Counted from the stretch's first letter, positions 1 through 10,075 are shown. The stretch is DNA of 32,000 nt from Synechocystis sp. PCC 6803 substr. PCC-P (GCF_000284455.1 NC_017039.1:1050001-1082000), one strand, 5' to 3'. Made by a program: numbers and translations. The notes: a model not told the origin generated them from the sequence alone.

Positions 1-662
1 AAGGCAATCAATCCTTCGCTCCAACCCGGGCAGGTTAAATGGGCAGCGGCACAGAGGCGGGCATCTTCACTGGCTAGACTCCGGTTGTAATAGGCGGTCT
101 GGCCAATACTTTGTCTGACCTGTGGGCTGGCTAAAAAATTGGTTAGCCAACGGTCCAACGGTGGAAACATGAGCCGACTGGCAAAGGGTTGTTTCGCGAG
201 GCCAGCACTATCTATTAGCACTAGTTTTTTGACCCGTTCGGGAAAGCTGAGGCAAAAATCTAGGGCCACTGCTCCCCCCATGGATACCCCCACTAAGGTA
301 ATGGGTTCTTGAATAATTGTTTGCCAAAAGTGGTCTAGGTGAATTTTGATGTTGGCTGGGGTGGGTAGTAATATCTTGGATCTAGTTGTGAAACCAAATC
401 CCAGCAAATCAATGGCGATCGCCCGAAAATTTTTTTTGATTAGGGGCAGTAGGCGACGAAACTCCAACACCGAACTGTCAAAGCCATGTATAAAAAGCAT
501 GGGTTCCCCCTGGCCTTCATCCATATAGTTGGTGTCCACGGTGATGGCACTGGGGTGGTCTGGGCCATGGATGGTTAGGGAAACTTGTTGCATTTGTCGC
601 CAACATTCCCAGGAGGTTGCTTCAGTAAATGCCGGTGCGGGAAGGGTTAGGGAAGGAGTCAT
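1..662 (-). CDS. alpha/beta hydrolase fold protein, C-terminus truncated by the window edge
   Basis: Own reverse-strand reading from ATG at 662: MTPSLTLPAPAFTEATSWECWRQMQQVSLTIHGPDHPSAITVDTNYMDEGQGEPMLFIHGFDSSVLEFRRLLP...ITLVGVSMGGAVALDFCLSFPERV...; HGF oxyanion segment and GVSMGG nucleophile elbow. Not in the ORF track because it runs off the window. Confidence 0.85.
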   Translation of the reverse strand, partial: MTPSLTLPAPAFTEATSWECWRQMQQVSLTIHGPDHPSAITVDTNYMDEGQGEPMLFIHGFDSSVLEFRRLLPLIKKNFRAIAIDLLGFGFTTRSKILLPTPANIKIHLDHFWQTIIQEPITLVGVSMGGAVALDFCLSFPERVKKLVLIDSAGLAKQPFASRLMFPPLDRWLTNFLASPQVRQSIGQTAYYNRSLASEDARLCAAAHLTCPGWSEGLIA

Positions 663-798
663 ACTCAAATGGTGCTGGCTAAAAATGGCGATCGATAATT
701 GGGGTTAGGAGAAATTGGCCTACCCAAAAACCCCTGGGGAAGCCGTGGTAGGATTAGGCGAAAATAATCTCCCGACGAAAATTGGGGCGAAACTCACT

Positions 799-984
799 AT
801 GGATTCAGGCAAAATCGTGGCCATTGTCACCGGTGCCATCTCAATTATTTTAGCTGTAGCGTATCTAGTTTTAGTACAAATTCTCGACTTTCGTGGCGAA
901 ATGGTGCCAGCGCCGATGGAAACCATGGGTCTGCTTACCCACATTACGGCGATCGCCAACGGCTCATTGTTGCCCTTTAGTTGA
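799..984 (+). CDS. small single-TM hypothetical protein (61 aa; track ORF opens at 715)
   Basis: MDSGKIVAIVTGAISIILAVAYLVLVQILDFRGEMVPAPMETMGLLTHITAIANGSLLPFS; clear hydrophobic segment after a short N-terminus; sits upstream of the glutaredoxin gene. Confidence 0.6.
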   Translation: MDSGKIVAIVTGAISIILAVAYLVLVQILDFRGEMVPAPMETMGLLTHITAIANGSLLPFS

Positions 985-1066
985 GCATTGCCCGTTAGTT
1001 ATCCCCTAACCACGAACAGGGTCAGCTATAATCAGAACCGTACAAATCTTTACATTAAGCGTTGCC

Positions 1067-1333
1067 ATGGCTGTCTCGGCAAAAATTGAAATTTATACAT
1101 GGAGCACTTGCCCTTTTTGCATGAGAGCCCTGGCTTTATTGAAACGTAAAGGAGTAGAGTTCCAAGAATATTGCATTGACGGCGACAACGAAGCAAGGGA
1201 AGCCATGGCGGCAAGGGCCAACGGCAAAAGGAGCTTGCCCCAAATTTTTATTGACGACCAACACATTGGTGGCTGTGATGACATCTATGCCCTAGATGGT
1301 GCAGGCAAGTTGGACCCCCTGCTCCATAGTTAG
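1067..1333 (+). CDS. grxC: glutaredoxin (88 aa)
   Basis: CPFC active site (STCPFCMRALALLKRKGVEFQEY), SLPQIFIDDQHIGGCDD glutathione-binding motif. Confidence 0.93.
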   Translation: MAVSAKIEIYTWSTCPFCMRALALLKRKGVEFQEYCIDGDNEAREAMAARANGKRSLPQIFIDDQHIGGCDDIYALDGAGKLDPLLHS

Positions 1334-1413
1334 GCTGGCTAATCTTATTCGTATATATATTATTTGTCTTCAACCATTACGGCTTCTGCCCCCATCCCAA
1401 GGATATTGACCCT

Positions 1414-2376
1414 GTGAAACTGGCTTTTATTATCGATCCCCTAGAAAAACTCGATCCGGGCCATGATTCCACCGTTGCCATCATGGAAGCGGCCCAAAAG
1501 TTGGGACACGAAGTTTTTGTCACATCAGTGGGGGATTTGGCCGTTATCAATGGCCAGGCCTGGGCTAAATTAGCGGCGGTACGCCTTCAGCCTGTGATTT
1601 TGGTCGATGGGCACTGGCAAGTTTCCCAACCTTGGTCCGAACTGTCCAAATCCCAGTGGATGGCCCTGACGGAATGCCAAGCAGTCTTTATGCGTAAGGA
1701 TCCGCCGGTGACCGTGCAATATCTCTACGCCACCTTCATTTTGGAGTTACTAGCCCCCACCAAGACCATGGTGATCAATTCCCCCCAGGGGCTACGGGAA
1801 GCCAATGAAAAAATGTACACCCTGCAGTTTGCTGCGGTGATGCCTCCCACGGTGGTTAGTTTGGACAAGGGCCTGATCCGCCAGTTTTTGGAAGAGCACG
1901 GGGCGGCAGTGTTAAAACCCTTGGGAGGTAAGGCCGGGGAGGGAATTTTGTTTCTCGATCCTGGCGATCGAAACTTCAACTCCCTGGTGGAGATTAGTAC
2001 CCAACATGGCAAAGAGCCGGTAATGGTACAGCGTTTTCTGCCAGAAGCGAAGGAAGGTGATAAGCGAATTATCCTGCTGGATGGTGATCCCATTGGAGCC
2101 GTCAATCGCATTCCCAGTGGAGCAGAATTCCGGGGCAATATGGCGGTTGGTGGTCAAGTGGCTCCCACTACCATTACCTCCAGGGAAATAGAAATTTGCG
2201 CTTTGCTAAAACCCAAATTGCAGGCTGACGGTTTATATTTTGTCGGTATTGATGTTATCGGAGGCTACCTAACAGAAGTCAATGTCACAAGTCCGACGGG
2301 GATCCGGGAGATTGATCGCCTTGAGGGAGTCCGCCTGGGAGAAAAAGTAATTTGCTGGTTGGAAAAACAATTTTAG
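1414..2376 (+). CDS. gshB: glutathione synthetase
   Basis: GTG start; MKLAFIIDPLEKLDPGHDSTVAIMEAAQKLGHEVFV...VINSPQGLREANEK...LKPLGGKAGEGI...EVNVTSPTGIREID, typical prokaryotic GshB ATP-grasp; adjacent to glutaredoxin. Confidence 0.95.
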   Translation: MKLAFIIDPLEKLDPGHDSTVAIMEAAQKLGHEVFVTSVGDLAVINGQAWAKLAAVRLQPVILVDGHWQVSQPWSELSKSQWMALTECQAVFMRKDPPVTVQYLYATFILELLAPTKTMVINSPQGLREANEKMYTLQFAAVMPPTVVSLDKGLIRQFLEEHGAAVLKPLGGKAGEGILFLDPGDRNFNSLVEISTQHGKEPVMVQRFLPEAKEGDKRIILLDGDPIGAVNRIPSGAEFRGNMAVGGQVAPTTITSREIEICALLKPKLQADGLYFVGIDVIGGYLTEVNVTSPTGIREIDRLEGVRLGEKVICWLEKQF

Positions 2377-2698
2377 CCTGGGATCAAGACAGCTCAATCT
2401 CAGCAAGTTTGGTTAAAAAAAGATTATTAGTTGGGCGTTCAGTTATTTGAGCCACTATTTTAATCTTGTTTTTTCTTGATCCCTGACCTTTTTTGTTCCA
2501 TACCATACCATTATCTAAAGATTTTGTTACCTGTTAAGGTCGGGTGCTGTGTCAAACGTATCGATTTGTAAAACGAATATTAAGACAACCTGAAGAGAAT
2601 TTCCTTCCATCGGGGAGGTAAAGGCAGACAGAGTAACTGTTTAATGCGGATTTGCCCCCTTGGTTGAATAGGGCAAAATATAAACATCTAGAAAGTTC

Positions 2699-2738
2699 GA
2701 GCTGATATTTTTCAAAAAGAGCTGATATTTTTCAAAAA
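2699..2738. repeat. perfect 20-bp tandem duplication (gagctgatatttttcaaaaa x2)
   Basis: Directly visible: copy 1 at 2699-2718, copy 2 at 2719-2738, in the gap between gshB and the 2773 ORF. Confidence 0.97.
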
Positions 2739-2772
2739 TTTTAACAACTGCCTAATTTCCCCACGCACCCCC

Positions 2773-3039
2773 ATGAAAACCGCTAACTTTATCACCTCAT
2801 CTTGTCGTTATTGCCGCTACTACCAGGCTGAAGGTAGGCGAGGCGGCACTTGCAGTCAACTCAATGTGCCAGTACAGGGACAGTGGAAGGCCTGTGCCCT
2901 AGCGGCAAAACCCTTTGCCGGTCCCTGGGAGAACCTCGAAGATGTGGTGTATTTAGAACATGCCTATGCTTTGACCAGTAAGGATGCTCTAGTGGAACAA
3001 TCGGCAGAAACGATCGCCACCGCAGCCGAAGCGGCCTAG
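2773..3039 (+). CDS. small cysteine-rich hypothetical protein (88 aa)
   Basis: ATG start; MKTANFITSSCRYCRYYQAEGRRGGTCSQLNVPVQGQWKACALAAKPFAGPWE; C-x2-C...C...C pattern typical of small conserved proteins. Confidence 0.75.
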   Translation: MKTANFITSSCRYCRYYQAEGRRGGTCSQLNVPVQGQWKACALAAKPFAGPWENLEDVVYLEHAYALTSKDALVEQSAETIATAAEAA

Positions 3040-3181
3040 ACAGCACAATTGGGGTAATGGACTCTTAAAGGGTGTTAAAGGTATTTGCCATAGTGGAGAC
3101 TGTTTTCGGGGAACTTTTGGGGTTAATTTTCCGACATAGTGCCATAGTAGGGCTGAACAGGGGAGCTTTGGTCTGATCAGC

Positions 3182-4009
3182 TTAGGGGAGCCAGGGATAT
3201 TGGCTAAAATCCGGGGGGCGTTTTTCCAGGAAGGCTTGTTTGCCTTCACTGCCCTCTTCTGTCATGTAATAAAGCAAGGTGGCGTTGCCCGCTAGTTCCT
3301 GTAATCCAGCCTGGCCGTCACAGTCGGCATTGAAAGCAGCTTTAAGACAGCGGATAGCCAGGGGACTTTTGCTCAAGATTTCCTTCGCCCATTGGATACC
3401 TTCTTCCTCCAGGCGATCGACGGGAACAACGGTGTTCACCATGCCCATGCGTTCTGCTTCCTGGGCAGAGTATTGGCGGCAAAGATACCAAATTTCCCTG
3501 GCTTTTTTTTGTCCCACAATGCGAGCTAAGTAACTGGAGCCAAAGCCTCCATCAAAACTCCCCACTTTTGGCCCGGTTTGGCCGAAAATGGCGTTATCTG
3601 CGGCAATGGTCAGGTCACACACCAAATGTAAAACGTGGCCACCACCAATGGCATAGCCAGCCACTAGGGCAATGACAACTTTGGGCATGGAGCGGATTAA
3701 CCGCTGTAAATCGAGCACATTGAGGCGGGGAGTTCCTTGGTCGTCGATATAACCCCCTTCTCCCCGGACAGATTGATCCCCACCGGAACAAAAGGCATAT
3801 TTGCCATCGCTGTGGGGCCCGGCTCCGGTTAGTAGTACAACCCCGATGCGGTTATCTTCCCTGGCGTTACAAAATGCGTCATAAAGTTCAAAAACGGTCT
3901 GGGGACGGAAGGCGTTGCGTTTATGGGGACGATTGATGACAATTTTGGCGATCCCCCCCGCTTTGTAATAGAGAATGTCGTCGTAATGTTTTGCAATGTG
4001 CCAATCCAT
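3182..4009 (-). CDS. menB: 1,4-dihydroxy-2-naphthoyl-CoA synthase (naphthoate synthase), crotonase family
   Basis: [38 protein letters not shown]...[17 protein letters not shown]...[32 protein letters not shown], diagnostic MenB motifs. Confidence 0.95.
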
Positions 4010-4209
4010 AGGTTCCCTCCTGAGCAGTCCTTACCCATCTTACGGGGACAGCGTAAAGGTTTGACCCAATTCCTATTCCATCAATAACCGACCGTTAAGG
4101 CTAATTTGTGAGTAAACAAATATAAAGCAATGCAAAGGATTGGCCCCAAACTTTGGCGATCGCCTTACTATGCAGATCAAGACCTCCGTGTTTACTTTGA
4201 TTTTTTTCC

Positions 4210-5802
4210 ATGACCATTGCCGCCCCTAAAACCACCGTTGCCCCTGAGATGAAGCCGACGACACCGAAAAAAATTGGTGTACCCAGGGAATCCTTTGACC
4301 AGGAATGCCGGGTGGCCATGACCCCCGATACAGCCCAAAAGCTGCAAAAATTGGGCTTTGATTTGTTGTTGGAAACGGGAGCGGGAGCAAAAGCGGATTT
4401 CGCCGATCGCCTTTATGAGTCCCTAGGCTGTGGCATTGTCGATGGTCGCCAAACCTTATTTGAGCAAGCGGACATTATCCTCAAAGTGCGGCCCCCTTCC
4501 CCGGCAGAGGTGGAGGAGTTACCGGCGGGGAAAGCCCTGATTAGTTTTATCTGGCCGGCCCAAAATCCCGAATTGCTGGAAAAATTGGCGGCGAAAAATA
4601 TCACTGTGCTGGCGATGGATGCGGTGCCCCGGATCAGTCGGGCCCAGAAATTGGATGCCCTCAGTTCCATGGCCAACATTGCCGGTTACCGGGCGATCAT
4701 TGAAGCGGCTAATCGTTTTGGGCGGTTTTTCACTGGACAGATCACTGCGGCGGGCAAAGTTCCCCCAGCAAAAGTTCTGGTCATTGGGGCCGGGGTAGCA
4801 GGGTTAGCGGCGATCGGGGCGGCCAAAAGCTTAGGGGCGATCGTGCGGGCCTTTGATACTCGCCCAGTGGTCAAAGAACAGGTGGAAAGTTTAGGCGGGG
4901 AATTTCTCCTGCTGGACTTTAAGGAAGACGGCACCGGGCAGGGGGGTTACGCCAAAGTAATGAGTGAAGAATTCATTGCGGCGGAAATGGCGTTATTTGC
5001 CGCCCAAGCCAAGGAAGTGGACATTATTATCACCACAGCGTTGATTCCCGGTCGTCCCGCCCCCAAATTGATTACTGAACCCATGGTCAAATCCATGCGG
5101 GCTGGTTCCGTAGTGGTGGACTTAGCGGCGGAGCAGGGGGGCAACTGTGAAGTTACTAAACCCGGCGAAGTTTATGAATATGAAGGGGTGACCATCATTG
5201 GCTACACTGATTTGCCCAGTCGCATGGCCAGTCAATCCAGTCAGCTTTACGGCACCAATCTCTGGCATTTGCTCAAGGATATGGGCGGCTCCGAAGCTTT
5301 CAAAGTGGATGTGGAAGATGAGGTTATTCGGGGAGCCTTGGTATCCCATGAAGGCAAGATTACTTGGCCACCGCCGAAGCTTAATCCCCCTAGTCCGGTG
5401 CAACCAGCTAAACCTACCGTGACCGTAGTGGAGAGTGAAGCCAAATCTGCTAAAAAATCCGGCTCCGGTAATTTTCTTTGGTTAGCCCTAGCGGCGATCG
5501 CCTTGGTGGGCATTGGTATCGGCGCACCTACTTCTTTTCTCTCCCATTTCACTGTGTTTGTGCTGGCCTGTGTGGTGGGTTGGCAGTTAATTTGGAATGT
5601 GGCCCCGGCATTGCACACCCCTTTGATGAGTGTGACCAACGCCATCAGCGGCATCATCATTATCGGTGGCATGTTGCAGATTTCCGGGCCATTGAATAGT
5701 CCCACCACTATCTTGGGGGCGATCGCCATTTTAGTGGGAACGATCAACATTGCCGGGGGATTTTTAGTTACCCAACGGATGCTGAAAATGTTTCGGAAGT
5801 AA
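4210..5802 (+). CDS. pntA: NAD(P) transhydrogenase subunit alpha (530 aa, dI domain plus C-terminal TM segments)
   Basis: [45 protein letters not shown]...[30 protein letters not shown]...[21 protein letters not shown]; hydrophobic C-terminus. Confidence 0.95.
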   Translation: MTIAAPKTTVAPEMKPTTPKKIGVPRESFDQECRVAMTPDTAQKLQKLGFDLLLETGAGAKADFADRLYESLGCGIVDGRQTLFEQADIILKVRPPSPAEVEELPAGKALISFIWPAQNPELLEKLAAKNITVLAMDAVPRISRAQKLDALSSMANIAGYRAIIEAANRFGRFFTGQITAAGKVPPAKVLVIGAGVAGLAAIGAAKSLGAIVRAFDTRPVVKEQVESLGGEFLLLDFKEDGTGQGGYAKVMSEEFIAAEMALFAAQAKEVDIIITTALIPGRPAPKLITEPMVKSMRAGSVVVDLAAEQGGNCEVTKPGEVYEYEGVTIIGYTDLPSRMASQSSQLYGTNLWHLLKDMGGSEAFKVDVEDEVIRGALVSHEGKITWPPPKLNPPSPVQPAKPTVTVVESEAKSAKKSGSGNFLWLALAAIALVGIGIGAPTSFLSHFTVFVLACVVGWQLIWNVAPALHTPLMSVTNAISGIIIIGGMLQISGPLNSPTTILGAIAILVGTINIAGGFLVTQRMLKMFRK

Positions 5803-5828
5803 TTTTATTTTTTAATAGGAATTAAATT

Positions 5829-6368
5829 ATGGCCAGAAAATCAAAAGAATTTCAAAAATTATTTCACGAAGAAACCCATGCTGAGAAATCACCAAGAAGG
5901 GAGTCTACTTCTCAATCCATTAGAAAAAAGGAATTAGCGGCTTACGATCAATTCAAAAAAAAGCTTGAAAATGATGAGCACAATAAAGGCGCCACCTTTG
6001 TTAAAAATCCCAAAGGCATGAGAAAAATGTCTGAGGTTTTAGAGGAATTTGTCGCCCCCTTTATTGGTGATGAAGACTCCTATGAAGAAAGGGAATTTTT
6101 CTTTGAGCTAGCAATATTAGCCTGGAATTGTTCAGTATTCCCAGAAAGTGGGCGAGAAAAACTTATGGAAGCTTTTTTTACAGATTTGAGCAATCCCCTC
6201 GAGCCAGAAAGTATAGAAGCGACGCAGGATTTAAGAGTTTTTGTTGAGGAGTTAATTGAGCGCAAATTAGAAGTATTTCCTAAGGACAAAAGAATTATCC
6301 AAGATTTCCAATTAACTCAACATGAAGCCGGTTTCCACGTTGCTGTGTCCTACGTTATGGCTCGATAA
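5829..6368 (+). CDS. hypothetical protein (179 aa), charged N-terminus, no recognised motif
   Basis: ATG start 27 nt after pntA; MARKSKEFQKLFHEETHAEKSPRRESTSQSIRKKELAAYDQFKKKLENDEHNKGATF...; ends 5 nt before the next ORF. Confidence 0.75.
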   Translation: MARKSKEFQKLFHEETHAEKSPRRESTSQSIRKKELAAYDQFKKKLENDEHNKGATFVKNPKGMRKMSEVLEEFVAPFIGDEDSYEEREFFFELAILAWNCSVFPESGREKLMEAFFTDLSNPLEPESIEATQDLRVFVEELIERKLEVFPKDKRIIQDFQLTQHEAGFHVAVSYVMAR

Positions 6369-6373
6369 ATCCC

Positions 6374-6721
6374 ATGCAAATTTCCCCAGCATTTAAATAT
6401 AAAGTTTCCATTGATCCAGGCAAAATTACTGCATTTTGTCAGCAATGGCAAATAACTGAGCTTGCCCTATTTGGTTCATTTCTCCGAGATGATTTTGATC
6501 TAGATAACAGCGACATTGACGTTTTGGTCTCTTTTGAGCCTAATGTTCCCTGGACAATCTTAGATCTGGTGGATATGGAAGATCAACTTCAACAAATTTT
6601 TGGTCGGAAGGTGGACTTAATGGAACGGTTAAGCATTGAGCAAAGCCAAAATCCACTGAGGAAAAAAGCAATTTTGGAATCTTTACAGGTCATTTATACG
6701 GAGTCGAGACTACAGATTTAG
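6374..6721 (+). CDS. MNT-type nucleotidyltransferase domain protein (MntA/MinTT-like)
   Basis: ELALFGSFLRDDFDLDNSDIDVLVSFEPNVPWTILDLVDMEDQLQQIFGRKVDLMER; GSF..(D)xDxD minimal nucleotidyltransferase signature. Confidence 0.88.
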   Translation: MQISPAFKYKVSIDPGKITAFCQQWQITELALFGSFLRDDFDLDNSDIDVLVSFEPNVPWTILDLVDMEDQLQQIFGRKVDLMERLSIEQSQNPLRKKAILESLQVIYTESRLQI

Positions 6722-6741
6722 TCCTAATAAGGCTTCAATAA

Positions 6742-6972
6742 ATGGACAAGAAACAAAAACTTTTAAGCAAAGCTAAAAATAATCCCCAAGGCCTCAGCTT
6801 TAGAGAATTTGAAAAGCTTTTAGAACTATCTGGTTGGCTTCTTGATCATCAAACTGGTAGTCACCGTATTTGGTACTCCTATGATAAGCATCGCTTGTCC
6901 GTTCAACCAACAAAAAATGGTCAAGCAAAAGCTTATCAAGTTAAGCAATTTCTCAATCTTCTTCAGGAGTGA
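6742..6972 (+). CDS. HicA-like toxin (YcfA/dsRBD-like mRNA interferase family)
   Basis: GLSFREFEKLLELSGWLLDHQTGSHRIWYSYDKHRLSVQPTKNGQAKAYQVKQFLNLL; pattern of G-W...GSH catalytic His and C-terminal helix typical of HicA. Confidence 0.85.
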   Translation: MDKKQKLLSKAKNNPQGLSFREFEKLLELSGWLLDHQTGSHRIWYSYDKHRLSVQPTKNGQAKAYQVKQFLNLLQE

Positions 6973-7199
6973 TTATGACTGTTAGTAATATTTTTGATGG
7001 TTACACAATCAATCTTTTTCAGGATGAAGATGGGGATTGGTTAGCTTGCTTGGCGGAAATGCCCAATGTTTCAGCGTTTGCCGATTCTCCCCAAGCCGCT
7101 CTTGCTGAATTAGAAATTGCCTGGCAAGGGGTAAAGGAAAGCTATCACAAACACGGAGAGCCGATTCCCATCATTGAAAGGGTTTATGCAAAACCCTAA
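6969..7199 (+). CDS. HicB-like antitoxin (start may be ATG at 6975)
   Basis: YTINLFQDEDGDWLACLAEMPNVSAFADSPQAALAELEIAWQGVKESYHKHGEPIPI; HicB partial-RNase-H fold signature; overlaps the stop of the HicA-like ORF. Confidence 0.85.
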   Translation: MIMTVSNIFDGYTINLFQDEDGDWLACLAEMPNVSAFADSPQAALAELEIAWQGVKESYHKHGEPIPIIERVYAKP

Positions 7200-7239
7200 T
7201 CCTTTACTTAAATTGATAACCAATTACCACTAAATTCTT

Positions 7240-8682
7240 ATGTCTAACAGTTTACAAACCGTGGCCTATGTGGCCGCCAGCATATTATTTATCTTCAGCC
7301 TGGGGGGCCTGGCCAATCAGGAAACTGCCCGGCGGGGAAATGTTTATGGCATTGCCGGCATGGCGATCGCCTTTTTAGCCACTGCTTTAGGGGGCGACTT
7401 TACTGGTTACACCACTCTGCTGGGGGCAATTTTACCTGCGGTGGTTATCGGCTCCCTGTTAGCCTCCCGAGTAGCCATGACTTCCATGCCGGAACTAGTG
7501 GCGATTTTGCACAGTTTTGTGGGTTTAGCGGCGGTTTTGGTAGGTATTGCCAATTACCTAGCCCCGGAAAATGGTTTAGCGGGTTCCGAAGCTTTTATCC
7601 ATCAAATTGAAATTTATGTAGGCGTATTCATTGGGGCTGTTACCTTCACCGGCTCCATCGTGGCCTTTGGCAAATTGCGGGCCATTATCAGCAGTAAACC
7701 ACTCATGCTCCCGGCTCGGCACTTCTTGAACATTTCCCTGCTGGTGGCTACGGTGATTTTCGGGGTGCAGTTTATGCAATTGAATAGCCCCGCTGGCTTG
7801 ACCCCCCTGTTAATCATGACCGCCATTGCCGGGGTGTTGGGTCTGCATCTCGTAGCGGCGATCGGGGGGGCAGATATGCCGGTGGTCATTTCCATGCTCA
7901 ACAGCTATTCTGGCTGGGCGGCGGCGGCGGCGGGCTTTATGCTCTCCAATGATCTACTGATCATCACTGGGGCGTTGGTGGGAAGCAGTGGCGCAATTTT
8001 GAGCTACATCATGTGTAAGGCCATGAACCGTTCTTTTATCAGCGTTATCCTGGGTGGTTTTGGCGAAGGTTCTAGTGCTGCTTCCAAAGGGCCAGCCCAG
8101 GAGGTAATTGGTACAGTCACTAAAACTAGTGCGGAAGAAGTCGCGGAGGAATTGCTCGATGCCCAGAGCGTGATCATTACCCCCGGTTACGGTATGGCGG
8201 TGGCCCAAGCTCAACATCCCGTGGCAGAAATTACCAAATTACTCAAGGAAAAGGGTGTTAAGGTCAGGTTTGGCATTCATCCTGTCGCTGGTCGTTTGCC
8301 TGGCCACATGAACGTTCTGTTAGCGGAAGCCAATGTGCCCTACGACGTAGTGCTGGAAATGGACGAAATTAATGAAGATTTCCCCGAAACCGATGTGGTG
8401 CTAGTGATTGGCGCCAATGACACGGTGAACCCCAGTGCTTTGGAAGATCCCACCAGTGCGATCGCCGGAATGCCGGTGTTGGAAGTGTGGAAAGCCAAAC
8501 AGGTGGTGGTGATGAAACGGAGCATGGCTTCCGGTTATGCTGGGGTAGAAAATCCTTTGTTTTATAAGGAAAATACCCAAATGCTGTTCGGCGATGCCAA
8601 GAAAAATGTCGATGCCATTTTGACCCAAATGCGGGCTAAGGATGAGGTGGGCAGTGGCGATAAGGTTCTAGTTTCCGTTTAG
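7240..8682 (+). CDS. pntB: NAD(P) transhydrogenase subunit beta
   Basis: Long TM N-terminus followed by [88 protein letters not shown] (dIII). Confidence 0.96.
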   Translation: MSNSLQTVAYVAASILFIFSLGGLANQETARRGNVYGIAGMAIAFLATALGGDFTGYTTLLGAILPAVVIGSLLASRVAMTSMPELVAILHSFVGLAAVLVGIANYLAPENGLAGSEAFIHQIEIYVGVFIGAVTFTGSIVAFGKLRAIISSKPLMLPARHFLNISLLVATVIFGVQFMQLNSPAGLTPLLIMTAIAGVLGLHLVAAIGGADMPVVISMLNSYSGWAAAAAGFMLSNDLLIITGALVGSSGAILSYIMCKAMNRSFISVILGGFGEGSSAASKGPAQEVIGTVTKTSAEEVAEELLDAQSVIITPGYGMAVAQAQHPVAEITKLLKEKGVKVRFGIHPVAGRLPGHMNVLLAEANVPYDVVLEMDEINEDFPETDVVLVIGANDTVNPSALEDPTSAIAGMPVLEVWKAKQVVVMKRSMASGYAGVENPLFYKENTQMLFGDAKKNVDAILTQMRAKDEVGSGDKVLVSV

Positions 8683-8791
8683 TTAGCTGACCTCAATGGG
8701 GACTTCTAACCCTAGGGGAGAGCTGAATACTTAATAATGGGGAGGGGAATATTCGTCTCCCTTTTTTGTTTGTCTATCATCTAGTTTTGCC

Positions 8792-10075
8792 ATGACCACC
8801 GATCTATCGGTTTACCTCGACCAAGCCCAACAAGCCGGAGCGGAAAGCGCTGAAGTTTATTACTCCCGATCCTTTTCCCGACCAGTTTTCTTTGAGGCTA
8901 ATCGGTTAAAACAGTTGGAAAGTTCTGAATCGGAAGGGGTAGCCCTGCGGTTATGGAAAAATGGTCAGGCTGGTTTAGCGGTGGCCTATGGTCCGGTGGA
9001 ACCGGAAATATTAGTCGAAAAAGCGTTGGCCCTAGCAGCCTTGAATCCCCCCAATCCGCCCCGGTTCACTGCTCCCCGGCAAGATTATCGGGAAAGTTTA
9101 GGGGAAGATGTTTCCGTAGAACAATTAATCGATTGGGGTCAAACGGCGATCGCCAGTTTACGGTCAGAGTTTGCCGAAGTGCTCTGTAGTGGCGAATTAG
9201 CCTGTAGCACTGACAGCACCCGCCTAATTAACAGTGAAGGTTTGGACTGTACCTGGACAGAGAGAAGTTTGAGTTACTACTTCGGGGTGGAATGGATTCG
9301 GGGAGAGGATTTTTTAGCCATCTATGATGGGGAGCAATGTCGGGGCCAGACCAACGTCGGACAGGTGGTGGAAAATCTGCGGCAACGGCTACTTTGGGTG
9401 GAAGTGAATCAACAAATCCAGGGCGGCAAAATGCCCATTTTGCTCACCAGTGGCGCGGCCAGTTTGCTTTGGGACACGGTAGGAGAAGCCCTCCATGGTC
9501 AACGGGTAGCGGAAGACTCATCCCCATGGGCAGAAAAATTAGGACAAACTGTGGCCATTGAAGAATTGAATATTAGTCAAGATCCCACCGCCATTCCCTT
9601 TGATTGTCCCTTTGACGATGAAGGAAGCCGTACTCAAAAACTGGCTTTAATTAAAAATGGAAAAATTGCCCAGTTTTATACAGACCATGAAACAGCAGAA
9701 AAATTAGGTACAACCACCACGGGTAATGGTTTTCGTCCTAGCCTAGGCAGTGCGCCCCAACCGGGTTTGGTGAATATGTTAATCACACCGGGAACCGCTA
9801 GCTTCGACCAGTTACTTAAAAAATTGGGTAATGGTTTAGTTGTAGATCAAATTCTTGGGGGGGGGGCGGATATTTCCGGTGATTTTTCCATCAACGTTGA
9901 TTTGGGTTATCGAGTGCAGAATGGTGAAATTACTGGCAGGGTTAAGGACACTATGGTTTCTGGCAACATTTATGAATTATTAAATCAGATTATCGCTTTG
10001 GGTTCAGACCGTCGTTGGCAGGGTTCCTGTGCCACTCCATCAATTATTTTAGATGGGGTATCGATCACCGCTTAG
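8792..10075 (+). CDS. PmbA/TldD family protein, TldE(PmbA)-like subunit
   Basis: SVYLDQAQQAGAESAEVYYSRSFSRPVFFEANRLKQLESSESEGVALRLWKNGQAGLA...; C-terminal QILGGGADISGDFSINVDLGYRVQNGEITGRVKDTMVSGN; no HExxxH seen. Confidence 0.88.
   Translation: MTTDLSVYLDQAQQAGAESAEVYYSRSFSRPVFFEANRLKQLESSESEGVALRLWKNGQAGLAVAYGPVEPEILVEKALALAALNPPNPPRFTAPRQDYRESLGEDVSVEQLIDWGQTAIASLRSEFAEVLCSGELACSTDSTRLINSEGLDCTWTERSLSYYFGVEWIRGEDFLAIYDGEQCRGQTNVGQVVENLRQRLLWVEVNQQIQGGKMPILLTSGAASLLWDTVGEALHGQRVAEDSSPWAEKLGQTVAIEELNISQDPTAIPFDCPFDDEGSRTQKLALIKNGKIAQFYTDHETAEKLGTTTTGNGFRPSLGSAPQPGLVNMLITPGTASFDQLLKKLGNGLVVDQILGGGADISGDFSINVDLGYRVQNGEITGRVKDTMVSGNIYELLNQIIALGSDRRWQGSCATPSIILDGVSITA

Noticed and set aside
715-798. 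N-terminal extension of the small TM protein (start at 715)
   Set aside because: The start is TTG and the extra 28 residues look non-protein-like; ATG at 799 directly precedes the hydrophobic segment.
5829-7239. Possible composite transposon or insertion sequence between pntA and pntB
   Set aside because: No transposase ORF and no obvious terminal inverted repeats or target duplication seen by eye at the edges; only the gene content looks inserted.
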